DNA of 64,000 nucleotides, from positions 1,056,001 to 1,120,000 of the forward strand of contig CAVXLD010000001.1 in assembly GCA_963762565.1 (NCBI GenBank). The letters run 5' to 3'. The number at the start of each line of letters is the position of its first letter. The stretch's first letter is position 1. The position numbers and the translations under genes were made by a program. Under the pieces are notes generated by a model. It was not told the DNA's origin and made no database searches. It was given only the letters and a program-made list of their open reading frames with translations. Shown piece by piece: positions 43,197 through 52,693 of the stretch. The stretch is from an uncultured Verrucomicrobiae bacterium. Its GTDB lineage: Bacteria > Verrucomicrobiota > Verrucomicrobiia > Chthoniobacterales > JAFAMB01.

Positions 43197-44179
43197 GTAA
43201 CTCGGCCGAGGAAGCTAACCGGGGAGACGGAGAACCTGTCAGCCATAATGAGGGGAATGCGCGACGACGGCGGAAGTCTGCCCCAGTCTTTTCGCAAGAA
43301 TACCTTCAGCGCCGCAGCTTTATCGAGCTCAACGCGCGTGAACGCGCCAAATCTCTTTTCGATTCAGGGACCGCCCGCGAATTAGCCGGTCCCTTCGACC
43401 GGATCGAGTCACCCTGGCTTCCCCTGCAAGGGGTAACCCCGCAAGCGGATGACGGTTGTATCGTGATGCGAGGAACCATTGAAGGGCATCAGGGAGTCGT
43501 CATCGCTTTCGATGGCGCTTTTCAAGGAGGCGGGATCGGTGAGGTTTCAGGGGCTAAACTCACGGCCGCTCTCGATCTGGCTTGTCGCGATAGCCAGGAG
43601 GGTGCCTCCACCAGCGCCGTATTACTCCTTGAGACAGGCGGTGTACGCTTGCAAGAAGCCAACCTCGGCTTAGCGGCTGTCGCCGAAATCATTTCTTCAA
43701 TCATCGCGCTGCGCCAATACGCACCGGTTATCTCGGTGATTGCCGGACCTGTCGGTTGTTTTGGAGGAATGTCGTTAGCTGCAGGCCTTTCCAGTTATAT
43801 CGTGATGACGCCAGAAGGCCGGCTTGGATTGAATGGTCCGGAGGTCATCGAACAAGAATCTGGCGTTGAAGAGTTCGATGCCAGCGATCGTTCGCTCATC
43901 TGGTCTATCTACGGTGGCCAACAACGTTATAACCAAGGTCTCATCGATGTTTTGGTCGATGACGATGCCGATCAAATGATTGCGACAATAAAGGACCTGA
44001 TCGCGAAAGGCGTTCCAACAGTTCATCGGAGCCAACAAATCGATCTGTACCTATCTAGCATCGCTGCGCTTGATCCTTCCACCCAGTGGGATCCCAGCGA
44101 GTTCTCGTGGAGCGCTGCCTCGCTTGCGAGGCCGACCGGTCGGGACCACGGACCGGCTAACGAAGAGGAGAAACACTGA
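43193..44179 (+). CDS. mdcD: Malonate decarboxylase beta subunit
   Basis: GPFDRIESPWL, ETGGVRLQEAN, GCFGGM, GLNGPEVIEQE. Confidence 0.95.
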   Translation: MSNSAEEANRGDGEPVSHNEGNARRRRKSAPVFSQEYLQRRSFIELNARERAKSLFDSGTARELAGPFDRIESPWLPLQGVTPQADDGCIVMRGTIEGHQGVVIAFDGAFQGGGIGEVSGAKLTAALDLACRDSQEGASTSAVLLLETGGVRLQEANLGLAAVAEIISSIIALRQYAPVISVIAGPVGCFGGMSLAAGLSSYIVMTPEGRLGLNGPEVIEQESGVEEFDASDRSLIWSIYGGQQRYNQGLIDVLVDDDADQMIATIKDLIAKGVPTVHRSQQIDLYLSSIAALDPSTQWDPSEFSWSAASLARPTGRDHGPANEEEKH

Positions 44180-44530
44180 TGAGCAACTTCACTGGAATCC
44201 GCGGACGAACGCAGTGGAGCGCTGCCTTGCTTGCAAGGCCGATCGGTCGGGACCACGGACCGGCTAACGAAGAGGAGAAACACTGATGAGCAACTTCACT
44301 GGAATCCGCGGACGAACGCAGTGGAGCGCTGCCTTGCTTGCAAGGCCGACCGGTCGGGACCACGGACCGGCTAACGAAGAGGAGAAACACTGATGAGCAA
44401 CTTCACTGGAATCCGAGGACGAACGCAGTGGAGCGCTGCCTTGCTTGCAAGGCCGACCGGTCGGGACCACGGACCGGCTAACGAAGGGGAGAAACACTGA
44501 TGAGCAACTTCACCGGAATCCGAGGACGAA
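44107..44530 (+). repeat. 107-bp tandem repeat, about 4 copies, spanning the mdcD end and mdcE start
   Basis: Units start at 44107, 44214, 44321 and 44428, with few substitutions. Confidence 0.95.
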
Positions 44531-45348
44531 TCTGGTTCAAAGCCCTAACCGCCCAGGAAACCCCGATGCCTGGCGATCCCCCTTCAGTGCTGGTGGCTGA
44601 CGCACTAATCGGCAATGACAACGCCCGGTTTCTTTGTGTCGTGCCCGACCCTGATAGCCGATTTCCTTGTGCACGCCACGGTGAGGTCGGCCTCGAACAA
44701 GCATATACCTTAGCCGCCCGCATCAGGGAAGTCATCGGCGCCGACAACGCCGGGAGCGCCGGCAACGCCGCGAACGGAAGTAAGAAACGTCCCATCATCG
44801 CGATCGTCGACATGAAAAGCCAGGCCTACGGCCGGCGCGAAGAAATCGCCGGGATACATCTCGCTGCGGCTGCAGCGGCAGACGCCTACGCCACTGCCCG
44901 ATTCGCCGGTCACCCGGTCACCACTCTGATCGTAGGCCAAGCCATCTCCGGCGGTTTCCTAACCCATGGCTACCAGGCTAACCGGCTTCTGGCTTTTGGT
45001 GATAACGAAGTATTGATCCACGCGATGCACAAAGAAGCTGCCGCCCGGATCACCCGGCGCACGATCGGGCAACTGGAAACACTGGCGAAAACCGTTACCC
45101 CGCTTTCTTACAACATTGCCGACTACGCCAAGCTTGGCCTGCTCTTCAAATTGCTACACGTTTCGAATCCAGAGAATCCATCTGCAGAAGAAATCTCGTT
45201 AGTAAGAACCGAGATAATCGCAGCGATCCGAGACGCTCGCCAAGGGTCATTCGACCTTCGCAACCGGGTTGAATCGGAAGAGGCCCGCGTCGCTCGCAAA
45301 GCCTCCAGGTTAGTGCGAGCCCGGCTGGAAGAAGAGTGGAACCAATAA
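44500..45348 (+). CDS. mdcE: Malonate decarboxylase gamma subunit
   Basis: GEVGLE, SQAYGRREE, SGGFLTHGYQANR, AAARIT. Confidence 0.95.
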   Translation: MSNFTGIRGRIWFKALTAQETPMPGDPPSVLVADALIGNDNARFLCVVPDPDSRFPCARHGEVGLEQAYTLAARIREVIGADNAGSAGNAANGSKKRPIIAIVDMKSQAYGRREEIAGIHLAAAAAADAYATARFAGHPVTTLIVGQAISGGFLTHGYQANRLLAFGDNEVLIHAMHKEAAARITRRTIGQLETLAKTVTPLSYNIADYAKLGLLFKLLHVSNPENPSAEEISLVRTEIIAAIRDARQGSFDLRNRVESEEARVARKASRLVRARLEEEWNQ

Positions 45349-45357
45349 GCCGGCGAC

Positions 45358-45588
45358 ATGATCGCAGCGCTGACCAATGCGTTAGTACCAATCTTTGCAG
45401 GGCTGCTCCTCGGATATTTGGCCGGCCGCTGGAAGTTCGTCGACAATCAAAACGTCCGTACGCTCATTACATTTGTAATGAGCATGGCGGTGCCCTGTTC
45501 GCTCTTTTCTGCGAGCTTGATTTGCACCTATCTCGCAGGATTGTTCACCATGGCGGGTTGGATGGTGCTACTCAGCCATATGGCTTAG
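45358..45588 (+). pseudogene. mdcF: AEC-family (MdcF-like) malonate transporter with a large internal deletion
   Basis: AEC-type N-terminus (ALVPIFAGLLLGYLAG...AVPCSLF) joined to one last helix; 76 aa versus roughly 300 expected; operon position. Confidence 0.7.
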
Positions 45589-45595
45589 GAGCCTC

Positions 45596-46267
45596 ATGAA
45601 CCTTTCGTACATTCGTCCGGATTACCTTCTCAAAATTGATACCACCGCAATCTCATTCCGCGACAGGTCGTTCCATGAAAGCGTCCCGGCATCGGTCAGG
45701 CGTGAACTTGAAAAAACTAAGCTGGTCGTTGTCCGTCGAGGCGCCGTGACGGAGAACTGGGTGCCGATCGGTATCCGGGGGCACCAACGTTTCCAAAGAT
45801 GGGCTGCTTGGTATCCGCCTGACGCTATTCGGGAAATAGTTAAACCGATGGATCTATTAACTCAGGTTGAGAGCGTGAACGACCTAAACGTCACGCCGGC
45901 TCGCCGCGCGTTGCAATCATTGATGAATTCCTGGCAATGGTCCACTAATCCCTGGGGACCGGCTGGCAGCCTTGGTTTTGAGCTGGCTACCGGACAGCAA
46001 ACTACGACGATGACAAGCGATCTCGACGTTGTGATTTATGCTGATTGCCACTTGCCGCGCAGAGACGCTCAACGTCTGCTCGCCTCTGCTGATGATCTCG
46101 AGGTACACGTCGATATCCGGATTGAAACCCCAACATGCGGTTTTTCCCTAACCGAGTACGCCACCTCCCCAACAAAAACGATCCTGCTCCGAACAGTCGC
46201 CGGCCCAGTTCTCGGCACTGATCCCTGGGACGAAAGCCTCTGCAATACCGCCAGGGTAATTCGATGA
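45596..46267 (+). CDS. mdcG: Malonate decarboxylase holo-ACP synthase
   Basis: VVVRR, GIRG..R.QRWA, GSLGFELATG, SDLD, ETPTCGFSL. Confidence 0.92.
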   Translation: MNLSYIRPDYLLKIDTTAISFRDRSFHESVPASVRRELEKTKLVVVRRGAVTENWVPIGIRGHQRFQRWAAWYPPDAIREIVKPMDLLTQVESVNDLNVTPARRALQSLMNSWQWSTNPWGPAGSLGFELATGQQTTTMTSDLDVVIYADCHLPRRDAQRLLASADDLEVHVDIRIETPTCGFSLTEYATSPTKTILLRTVAGPVLGTDPWDESLCNTARVIR

Positions 46268-46548
46268 GATTCACGCCGATTCTGTATCCCTTCTTTTCTT
46301 TGCGCCTTTGCGTCTTTGCGTGAGATTTTTCTTGTTTGGTTGCGGCTCGGACAGATGGCAATACTCCACGACTCTAACACTCCACCACTCCGCGCGGCCG
46401 AATTTGAGGACAGCCTGTCCGACGAAGCCCAAGCTCTGCATTGTCGACCGCTCAAGTCGGCCTCGCAAGCGAGGCGCGCTCCACTACCAGGACGTGGGCG
46501 AAGTCGGAAGGACGAGAACGAAGCTCTTCGCAAGGCGCGTCCGACCCC

Positions 46549-47475
46549 ATGAGCGCCGCTCTGCTATTCCCTGGCCAAGGATCGCAAACACCGGGCATGC
46601 TGCACCAGTTACCCGACCATCCCGCAGTCCATCAAACGCTCGAAGAAGTCAGCACCGAACTCGACTACGACGTCCGCACATTGGATTCGCCGGAAGCCCT
46701 ACGCTCAACCGTACCCGTCCAGCTGGCGCTTCTGACCGCCGGAGTCGCCACCGCCCGGGCTCTAGAATTAGAAGGTGTCATCCCGGAAGCAGTCGCGGGT
46801 CTATCCGTGGGAGCATTCGGAGCCGCGATCCATGCCCAAGTCCTAACTCTGGCCGATGGAGTTAGATTAGTAAAACAACGTGCCGAATTGATGGAACAAC
46901 ATTCGCCGGAAGGTTACGGCCTGACTGCCATTGTCGGATTAAAAGAAGACCAGGTCACCGCCCTAATCATGGAAGCAAATACCCCTGATGACCCGGTCTA
47001 CCTTGGCAATGTGAATTCAGCCGACCAAATCGTTATCTCCGGTTCCACGACCGGAATGCGGAAAGTAGCAAATGCAGCCTTGCAAGCCGGTGCTCGCAAA
47101 GTCGAACGATTAGACGTCGCCGTCCTTTCCCACTCGCCCCTTCTGCAACCCGTTGCTGAGACCCTGGCGAGAACTCTTCAAAACATCTCGTTACGTTCTC
47201 CTCGAATGTTGTATATCGGCAATGTAACCGCCAGGGCATTGCGTAACCCAGAAGACATTGCCGCCGACCTTGCCAAGAATATCGCGCACGGTGTCCGCTG
47301 GTACGAATCGATGATCGTCCTTGAGGAATTAGGCTGTACATTGTTTATCGAAACCCCACCGGGTCATGTCCTAACCAATCTCGCCAAACAGTCCGTCCCT
47401 GACGCCAAGAGCATCGCCCTGGCCGACACGTCGCTTTCTTACGTAGTCCAACAGGCTCGCCGGCACGCCGGATGA
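46549..47475 (+). CDS. mdcH: Malonyl-CoA:ACP transacylase (epsilon subunit)
   Basis: FPGQGSQ, GLSVG, SHSPL. Confidence 0.92.
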   Translation: MSAALLFPGQGSQTPGMLHQLPDHPAVHQTLEEVSTELDYDVRTLDSPEALRSTVPVQLALLTAGVATARALELEGVIPEAVAGLSVGAFGAAIHAQVLTLADGVRLVKQRAELMEQHSPEGYGLTAIVGLKEDQVTALIMEANTPDDPVYLGNVNSADQIVISGSTTGMRKVANAALQAGARKVERLDVAVLSHSPLLQPVAETLARTLQNISLRSPRMLYIGNVTARALRNPEDIAADLAKNIAHGVRWYESMIVLEELGCTLFIETPPGHVLTNLAKQSVPDAKSIALADTSLSYVVQQARRHAG

Positions 47476-47690
47476 GTGCGCATGAGCGTGTCGGCGTTTG
47501 GCGTTTGGCGTTTGGCGTTCGGCGTTTCGGGCCGGAGGCCCGGGAGGGATCGCGTCCTCGCGATCCGTGGTTGCCGAAGCCGAGTACCTGTCATAACCGC
47601 GGAAGATAAATACACCTCTAGGTGATGGCACATCCTCGTGGCGCGCGGGGGCGCAGGCCCTCCCCAAATTGGACGCGCCTAGCGCCTCGG

Positions 47691-47981
47691 CTATCGGCTA
47701 TTGGTCCTGCGCGAAGCGCCCGACATATAACTCAAGAAAAACAGAGTAACCCCGACCACCATACCCGCGAACAGCACGATAGTGAGAGCGAGGAAAGCAT
47801 CTCGCAAGACGCTGTGCGTTAGCATGGTTGTGAATACAGCAGCGGTCACGTAAAGCAGGCCACTAATAGTGAAAAACAACAACAGCGATAACGAATGCTT
47901 TTCCGTCACTGACAGGGCTCGCACAGAGATCGGATTACGACGCCCAACGGATTGAGGTTTCCTATCAAGTAGTGCGTTCAT
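47691..47981 (-). CDS. Small two-TM hypothetical membrane protein
   Basis: 96 aa with two hydrophobic helices; preceded by a sigma-54-like promoter. Confidence 0.6.
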   Translation of the reverse strand: MNALLDRKPQSVGRRNPISVRALSVTEKHSLSLLLFFTISGLLYVTAAVFTTMLTHSVLRDAFLALTIVLFAGMVVGVTLFFLSYMSGASRRTNSR

Positions 47982-48015
47982 AAAATTAACTTTTTTGCTT
48001 CCGATTGGCCTTAAT

Positions 48016-48029
48016 GCACACGGCGTGCC
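48016..48029 (-). promoter_or_regulatory. Sigma-54-like promoter GGCACGCCGTGTGC
   Basis: GG-N10-GC spacing with GGCACG; divergent from a sigma-54 activator gene; 35 nt upstream of ATG 47981. Confidence 0.6.
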
Positions 48030-48163
48030 CAAATCGGATGAACATCCGAACCTGCTGACAAGCAACGACTTGCGAAATTAGCGAGCAGTATCTCGCCCGA
48101 CAAATCTTCACCCAGAGTAACGAAAACTCGTGAAAATTTACGAAATTGTGTAACGTAAACAAC

Positions 48164-48240
48164 CCAAACGCCAAACGCCAAACGCCAAACGCCAAACGCC
48201 AAACGCCAAACGCCAAACGCCAAACGCCAAACGCCAAACG
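48164..48240 (+). repeat. Perfect heptamer tandem repeat (CCAAACG)x11
   Basis: Counted directly; ends 4 nt before the ATG at 48245. Confidence 0.97.
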
Positions 48241-48244
48241 CCCC

Positions 48245-49846
48245 ATGAACGTTGAGTTTCTCAAAGATGTCGCGCTTGCCGTTGCTCAGGAGCAGCATCT
48301 TGAGACGGTCATGAACATGATCGCTGAAGGGATCGGCCAAGACCCCAAGGTTGCTTTGGTCCGGCTCTGGCTCCTCCGACCAGGCGATATATGTGCCGAA
48401 TGTTATGTGCGGTCGCAGTGTCCCGACCAAACTCGTTGTCTGCATTTGGTGGCTAGTGCCGGCAAATCACTGGATCAAAAGGAAAGTTGGACCCGGCTCA
48501 ATGGAGCCTTCCGCCGATTCCCGCTCGGAGTTCGCAAGGTCGGGTTCATGGGCAAATCAGGCGAATCAATTCTGATCCCCGATCTTGCCGTCGACCAAAA
48601 ATGGGTCACAAACCCTGATTGGGTGAAGCGGGAAGAGCTCCGGAGTTTTGCTGGTCACCCTTTAAAGTTTCGGGAGGAAGTACTGGGTGTGCTGGGCGTC
48701 TTCAGCCGCACGCGGCTGACTGAGAACGTGTTCGGTTGGTTACGTACGTTCGCGGATTCAGCAGCCGTCGCCATCACCAATGCAAGAAGGTTCGAAGAGA
48801 TCGATCGGTTACGGGCCAAACTGGAATTAGAGAACGAATATCTCCAGACCGAGATTAAAGAAATCTACGATTTCGGAGAGATTGTTGGCCAATCAGCCGC
48901 GTTGAAAAAGGTGCTGGAGCAAATCCAGCTGGTTGCCGGCACAAATGCAACCGTTCTGATTCTAGGCGAGTCAGGGACCGGCAAAGAGTTGATCGCCCGG
49001 GCAGTGCACGAGCGGAGTTCGCGAAAAGAGAGACCATTTATCAAGGTCAACTGCGCGGCTATCCCGGAGAAATTGTTCGAAAGCGAATTCTTCGGCCACG
49101 TTAGAGGCGCTTTCACCGGCGCCGATAAAGACCGGATGGGCCGGGTTCAGCTGGCAGACGGAGGCACCCTTTTTCTGGACGAGATCGCTGAGATACCCAT
49201 CGGTCTTCAAGCCAAGCTTCTCCAGGTATTACAGGAACAACAATTTGAACGGGTCGGAGAAGCCCGGTCCCGAAAAGTAGATGTCCGCATCATTGCTGCC
49301 ACCAATCGCGATCTAGAGAAAGAGATCGAAAATGGAAACTTTCGAAGTGACTTATTTTATCGGCTCAGCGTTTTCCCAATAAAAACGCCACCCCTGCGGG
49401 AACGCCGCGAAGATGTCCCGCTACTGGCTGTGCACTTCCTCAAGACGTGTGCAAAGCAGATGAATATCCAGGCGCCGAAACTGACCAAGGGCCACATTGA
49501 ACGGTTACAGGCGTACGATTGGCCCGGGAATATTCGTGAGCTACAAAACGCCATCGAACGCGCCGCCATTTTCGCCCAGACCGGCGCACTCCAGTTCGAA
49601 TTTCTCTCACTCGAGGCTCCGAAATCAGACGTTTCAATGAAGAGTGTTCCTTCCGCCCCCACCCCGAAACCTGACTCCATCATTTTGACCGAGGCTGAAC
49701 TTAAGAAGCGCGAACGCGAAAGCATCATTGCTGCTTTGGCCCAGGCCAACGGCAAAATTTCCGGCCCACGAGGCGCCGCAGAATTGCTCGGTATGAAACC
49801 GACAACTTTGGCCTCCCGAATCAAGGCCCTTGGCCTGAAGGGCTAA
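48245..49846 (+). CDS. GAF-domain sigma-54-dependent activator (FhlA/HyfR-like bEBP)
   Basis: [29 protein letters not shown]-terminal HTH. Confidence 0.95.
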   Translation: MNVEFLKDVALAVAQEQHLETVMNMIAEGIGQDPKVALVRLWLLRPGDICAECYVRSQCPDQTRCLHLVASAGKSLDQKESWTRLNGAFRRFPLGVRKVGFMGKSGESILIPDLAVDQKWVTNPDWVKREELRSFAGHPLKFREEVLGVLGVFSRTRLTENVFGWLRTFADSAAVAITNARRFEEIDRLRAKLELENEYLQTEIKEIYDFGEIVGQSAALKKVLEQIQLVAGTNATVLILGESGTGKELIARAVHERSSRKERPFIKVNCAAIPEKLFESEFFGHVRGAFTGADKDRMGRVQLADGGTLFLDEIAEIPIGLQAKLLQVLQEQQFERVGEARSRKVDVRIIAATNRDLEKEIENGNFRSDLFYRLSVFPIKTPPLRERREDVPLLAVHFLKTCAKQMNIQAPKLTKGHIERLQAYDWPGNIRELQNAIERAAIFAQTGALQFEFLSLEAPKSDVSMKSVPSAPTPKPDSIILTEAELKKRERESIIAALAQANGKISGPRGAAELLGMKPTTLASRIKALGLKG

Positions 49847-49956
49847 AATCGTCGTCGTCCTCGTCGTCGTCCTCGTCCTCGATCGGACGTTTCTCTCCCA
49901 GCGCAACGAACTACCGGGTACTACTCGGCTATTGGCTATCGGCTATCGGCTATCGG

Positions 49957-50997
49957 CTATTCGCGCAGCGACCGGCTATTGGCCCTGCGCGTAGCGCCCG
50001 CCCACGCCTTGAGAACAAAACAGACGCTGCCGACAACCAATACTCCTCCGGTCATACCCGCAATACGGCCGATCACGGGATCGATTGTGTCCGGCGTACT
50101 ATTCCCAGTTACCATCGCCAGAATAAAGGCCACGCCTGCCTGAGTACCGACATAAGAGAAAGGTCCCGTACTAAGATGTAACCGGGAAAAAATAAAAATT
50201 CCCCCAAAGAGAATAACGGACCACGCCAAAACCGACGAAGTCGCAAACTCAGCCGCTACCAGTCCAACAGCCCCTCCCAGAAGACATCCAAGAACTCGCT
50301 GAGTCACTCGATTTTGCGCGTTGGCGATATTTCGATCGATCGTCACTAGGACGGTAACGATCGCTTGCACCAGACTCGGAAGATGTAACCAGGACCAAAG
50401 CAGGGTCGTAATTACTGGAACCGACCCGCCCACCACGATTAGCATTTTTATTTCTCTCGGAGTTAAACCGCTTGGAGATCCCGCGCTGATCGGTTCCGTC
50501 TCCTCGACGCGGGCACTAAGCCCCAACAACGGTCGGAGCACACGTGCGCACAGCCACGCGGCAACGACCCCTGAAATGATCTCGTAAAGCCGATACTGTG
50601 CGGTTTCGTAGATCGAGCCGGGATCAGCAATATCAATAACCAGGAGTATGAACGCGGTAGCCGATCCGATAATCCACGCATAAGAAAATCTGCTTCGAAA
50701 CCGCATCGACATGCCAATCGCGCCGATTAGAAACAGGGCCAATGCTTGCCAGACCGGTTCGCCTTCAGTGACCGAAGCACAGATGAGGCCCACAAAATAG
50801 CCGGCTAAAGTCCCAGCAACTCGCATTATCGCCTTGAGAGAAGACTGATGAAAATCCGCGCTGGAGATAACCCAGGCGGATATCACACCCCACCAAGGAT
50901 TGTCACAATGAAAGAAAAAGACGAACATCGCCGCCAGCCAGCAGGATGCGGCCGTGATAATACTGTGCCGGAAGTCAACCGTTTCTATCCCGCTCAT
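49957..50997 (-). CDS. FUSC-family inner-membrane exporter
   Basis: DNPWWGVISAWVI, RVAGTLAG, RVLGCLLG; ATGA overlap with the upstream gene. Confidence 0.85.
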   Translation of the reverse strand: MSGIETVDFRHSIITAASCWLAAMFVFFFHCDNPWWGVISAWVISSADFHQSSLKAIMRVAGTLAGYFVGLICASVTEGEPVWQALALFLIGAIGMSMRFRSRFSYAWIIGSATAFILLVIDIADPGSIYETAQYRLYEIISGVVAAWLCARVLRPLLGLSARVEETEPISAGSPSGLTPREIKMLIVVGGSVPVITTLLWSWLHLPSLVQAIVTVLVTIDRNIANAQNRVTQRVLGCLLGGAVGLVAAEFATSSVLAWSVILFGGIFIFSRLHLSTGPFSYVGTQAGVAFILAMVTGNSTPDTIDPVIGRIAGMTGGVLVVGSVCFVLKAWAGATRRANSRSLRE

Positions 50998-52031
50998 TTC
51001 TGGATCCACCAAACCGTTGCATTCGATCCCAGGAACAGATCTTTTTTGTCTGGTAAATCGCTGAGATCGATTCCCACCGGAAACCGTCGGGCGAGTCGAA
51101 TCCATTCCGTCGCCGGTTCCACATAGGGCAACACGTTAACCGCGTTCGCGGAGCGGGCGACACCCGGGGCAATACTACGAAGATGGCCGGTATAAATCCG
51201 CCAGGGGTCGGAGCCCATCGACACCCAAACCGGTTGTCCAATCTGGAGTCCGCTGAGATGTCTCTCCGGCAGGTTCGCCATAATCCGCCAATTGTCGGCG
51301 GTTACAATCGCCAGTACGGATTTGCCAACCTCAAGAAAACTTCCCGGTCGGATCTGAAATGGCGCTACCCGGCCGCGAGCCGGTGATTTGATCTCTGTCT
51401 TGCTCAGCTCCCATTCCGCCTTGGCTACGGATGTCTCCGCCCGCTGCACTTCCGCGTTCTGGACGGCAATATCCTGTTCGGCAACAACTCTGGCAGCCCG
51501 CGTGTGAGCTAGATCGGCTTCCGCTACCTTAAAACTGCGCTGAAGATTATCGACCGTCTCTTGGGAAACCACGTTCTCTTTGAGGAGCTGGAGACCACGA
51601 TCCCGGTTGATGGTCACATCGTCGAACGTCGCTTTTTTGGCCTCGATATCATTTTGCGCCAATGCCAACCGATCTTTCGCTCCGCTCAGGTTCGCCTGGG
51701 CCAATGCCAGAGCCGCTTTCTCTCGATCGAGCTCAATTTGATACGGCTGAGGATCGATCGTGAAAAGAACATCTCCTTTCTCGACAGATTGATTGTCGGT
51801 CACCGCAAGCCGAAGCATGGGACCGCTCACTTGAGGAGCCACCGCAACGATATCAGCCGTCACGTAGGCATCCCGGCAAATGACCAAGAACGTCGTACAA
51901 AATTCGTAGACGAGATAAACCAAAACAAGCCCCAAGGCCGTACCGATCAACGGATGTCGCTTCAACCAAGCGATCAATCCACTTAAACGATTCTTTAAGA
52001 ATGCTGGCACGCGTCGACGCAGTTCCTCCAA
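50994..52031 (-). CDS. HlyD family membrane fusion protein
   Basis: DAYV, VAPQVSG, KGDVLFTIDP, WIRLARRFPV. Confidence 0.92.
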   Translation of the reverse strand: MEELRRRVPAFLKNRLSGLIAWLKRHPLIGTALGLVLVYLVYEFCTTFLVICRDAYVTADIVAVAPQVSGPMLRLAVTDNQSVEKGDVLFTIDPQPYQIELDREKAALALAQANLSGAKDRLALAQNDIEAKKATFDDVTINRDRGLQLLKENVVSQETVDNLQRSFKVAEADLAHTRAARVVAEQDIAVQNAEVQRAETSVAKAEWELSKTEIKSPARGRVAPFQIRPGSFLEVGKSVLAIVTADNWRIMANLPERHLSGLQIGQPVWVSMGSDPWRIYTGHLRSIAPGVARSANAVNVLPYVEPATEWIRLARRFPVGIDLSDLPDKKDLFLGSNATVWWIQK

Positions 52032-52306
52032 CGAATTCCCCGGGCTCGTTGACTAGGCCTGTTCTATTCTCCTCCCAAAAACCCAACAAGCCCAAAGTCA
52101 GACGATGTGTGGAGCGCGCCTCGCTTCCTCCGTCGCTAAAGCTTTGGAGGACAAGTGCGAGGCCGACTTGATGGGCAGTCGCTCAATCTCCCCCATTGGC
52201 TATCGGCTATTGGCTATTGATCATGCGCCTCGCTGGGCTATTATTCCGGCCACGCAACGCACTTGGCTATCGGCTATTGGCTATTGGTCATGCGCGTAGC
52301 GCTGCC

Positions 52307-52378
52307 GTCCCCGTAGTTCAACGGATAGAACGGAGGTTTCCTAAACCTTAAATGTGGGTTCGATTCCCGCCGGGGACA
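52307..52378 (+). tRNA. tRNA-Arg(CCT), CCA not encoded
   Basis: Cloverleaf GTCCCCG/CGGGGAC, GTTC/GAAC, GAGGT-TTCCTAA-ACCTT, GTGGG-TTCGATT-CCCGC; upstream TTGATC-N16-TATTAT at 52217-52244. Confidence 0.96.
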
Positions 52379-52693
52379 TGATCAACGCCGACAGCGCCGT
52401 GATCGCCGTCAACGCCGGGAACTGCTCGATTAGTGGCCCTGGTGTCGACTTGCCGACCGACCCTTTGGCTATTGGTCATGCGCCTAGCGCCTTGTGGGTT
52501 CGCTCACTTTCGTGGCATCCAAGTTCGCGAGCTGCACGGCCCTTTCAGCCGGCGTAGCGAGCGGCATGCGATACCCAGCCATGGCGATCCGGCGCAAAGT
52601 CTATTTAACTATTGACCTGTCCCTAGTCCGGTTTTCTCCTTACTGCTTGTCGCGAACCGTGCGCGAAAGTGAGCTATTAGTGGTGAATACTCG

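Noticed and set aside
44107..44530. Possible CRISPR array
   Set aside because: Whole 107-bp units are near-identical with no unique spacers, and no cas genes are present.
48146..48244. N-terminal (PNAKRQT)n extension of the sigma-54 activator
   Set aside because: Depends on a TTG start with no clear RBS and only translates the heptamer run; ATG 48245 is more plausible.
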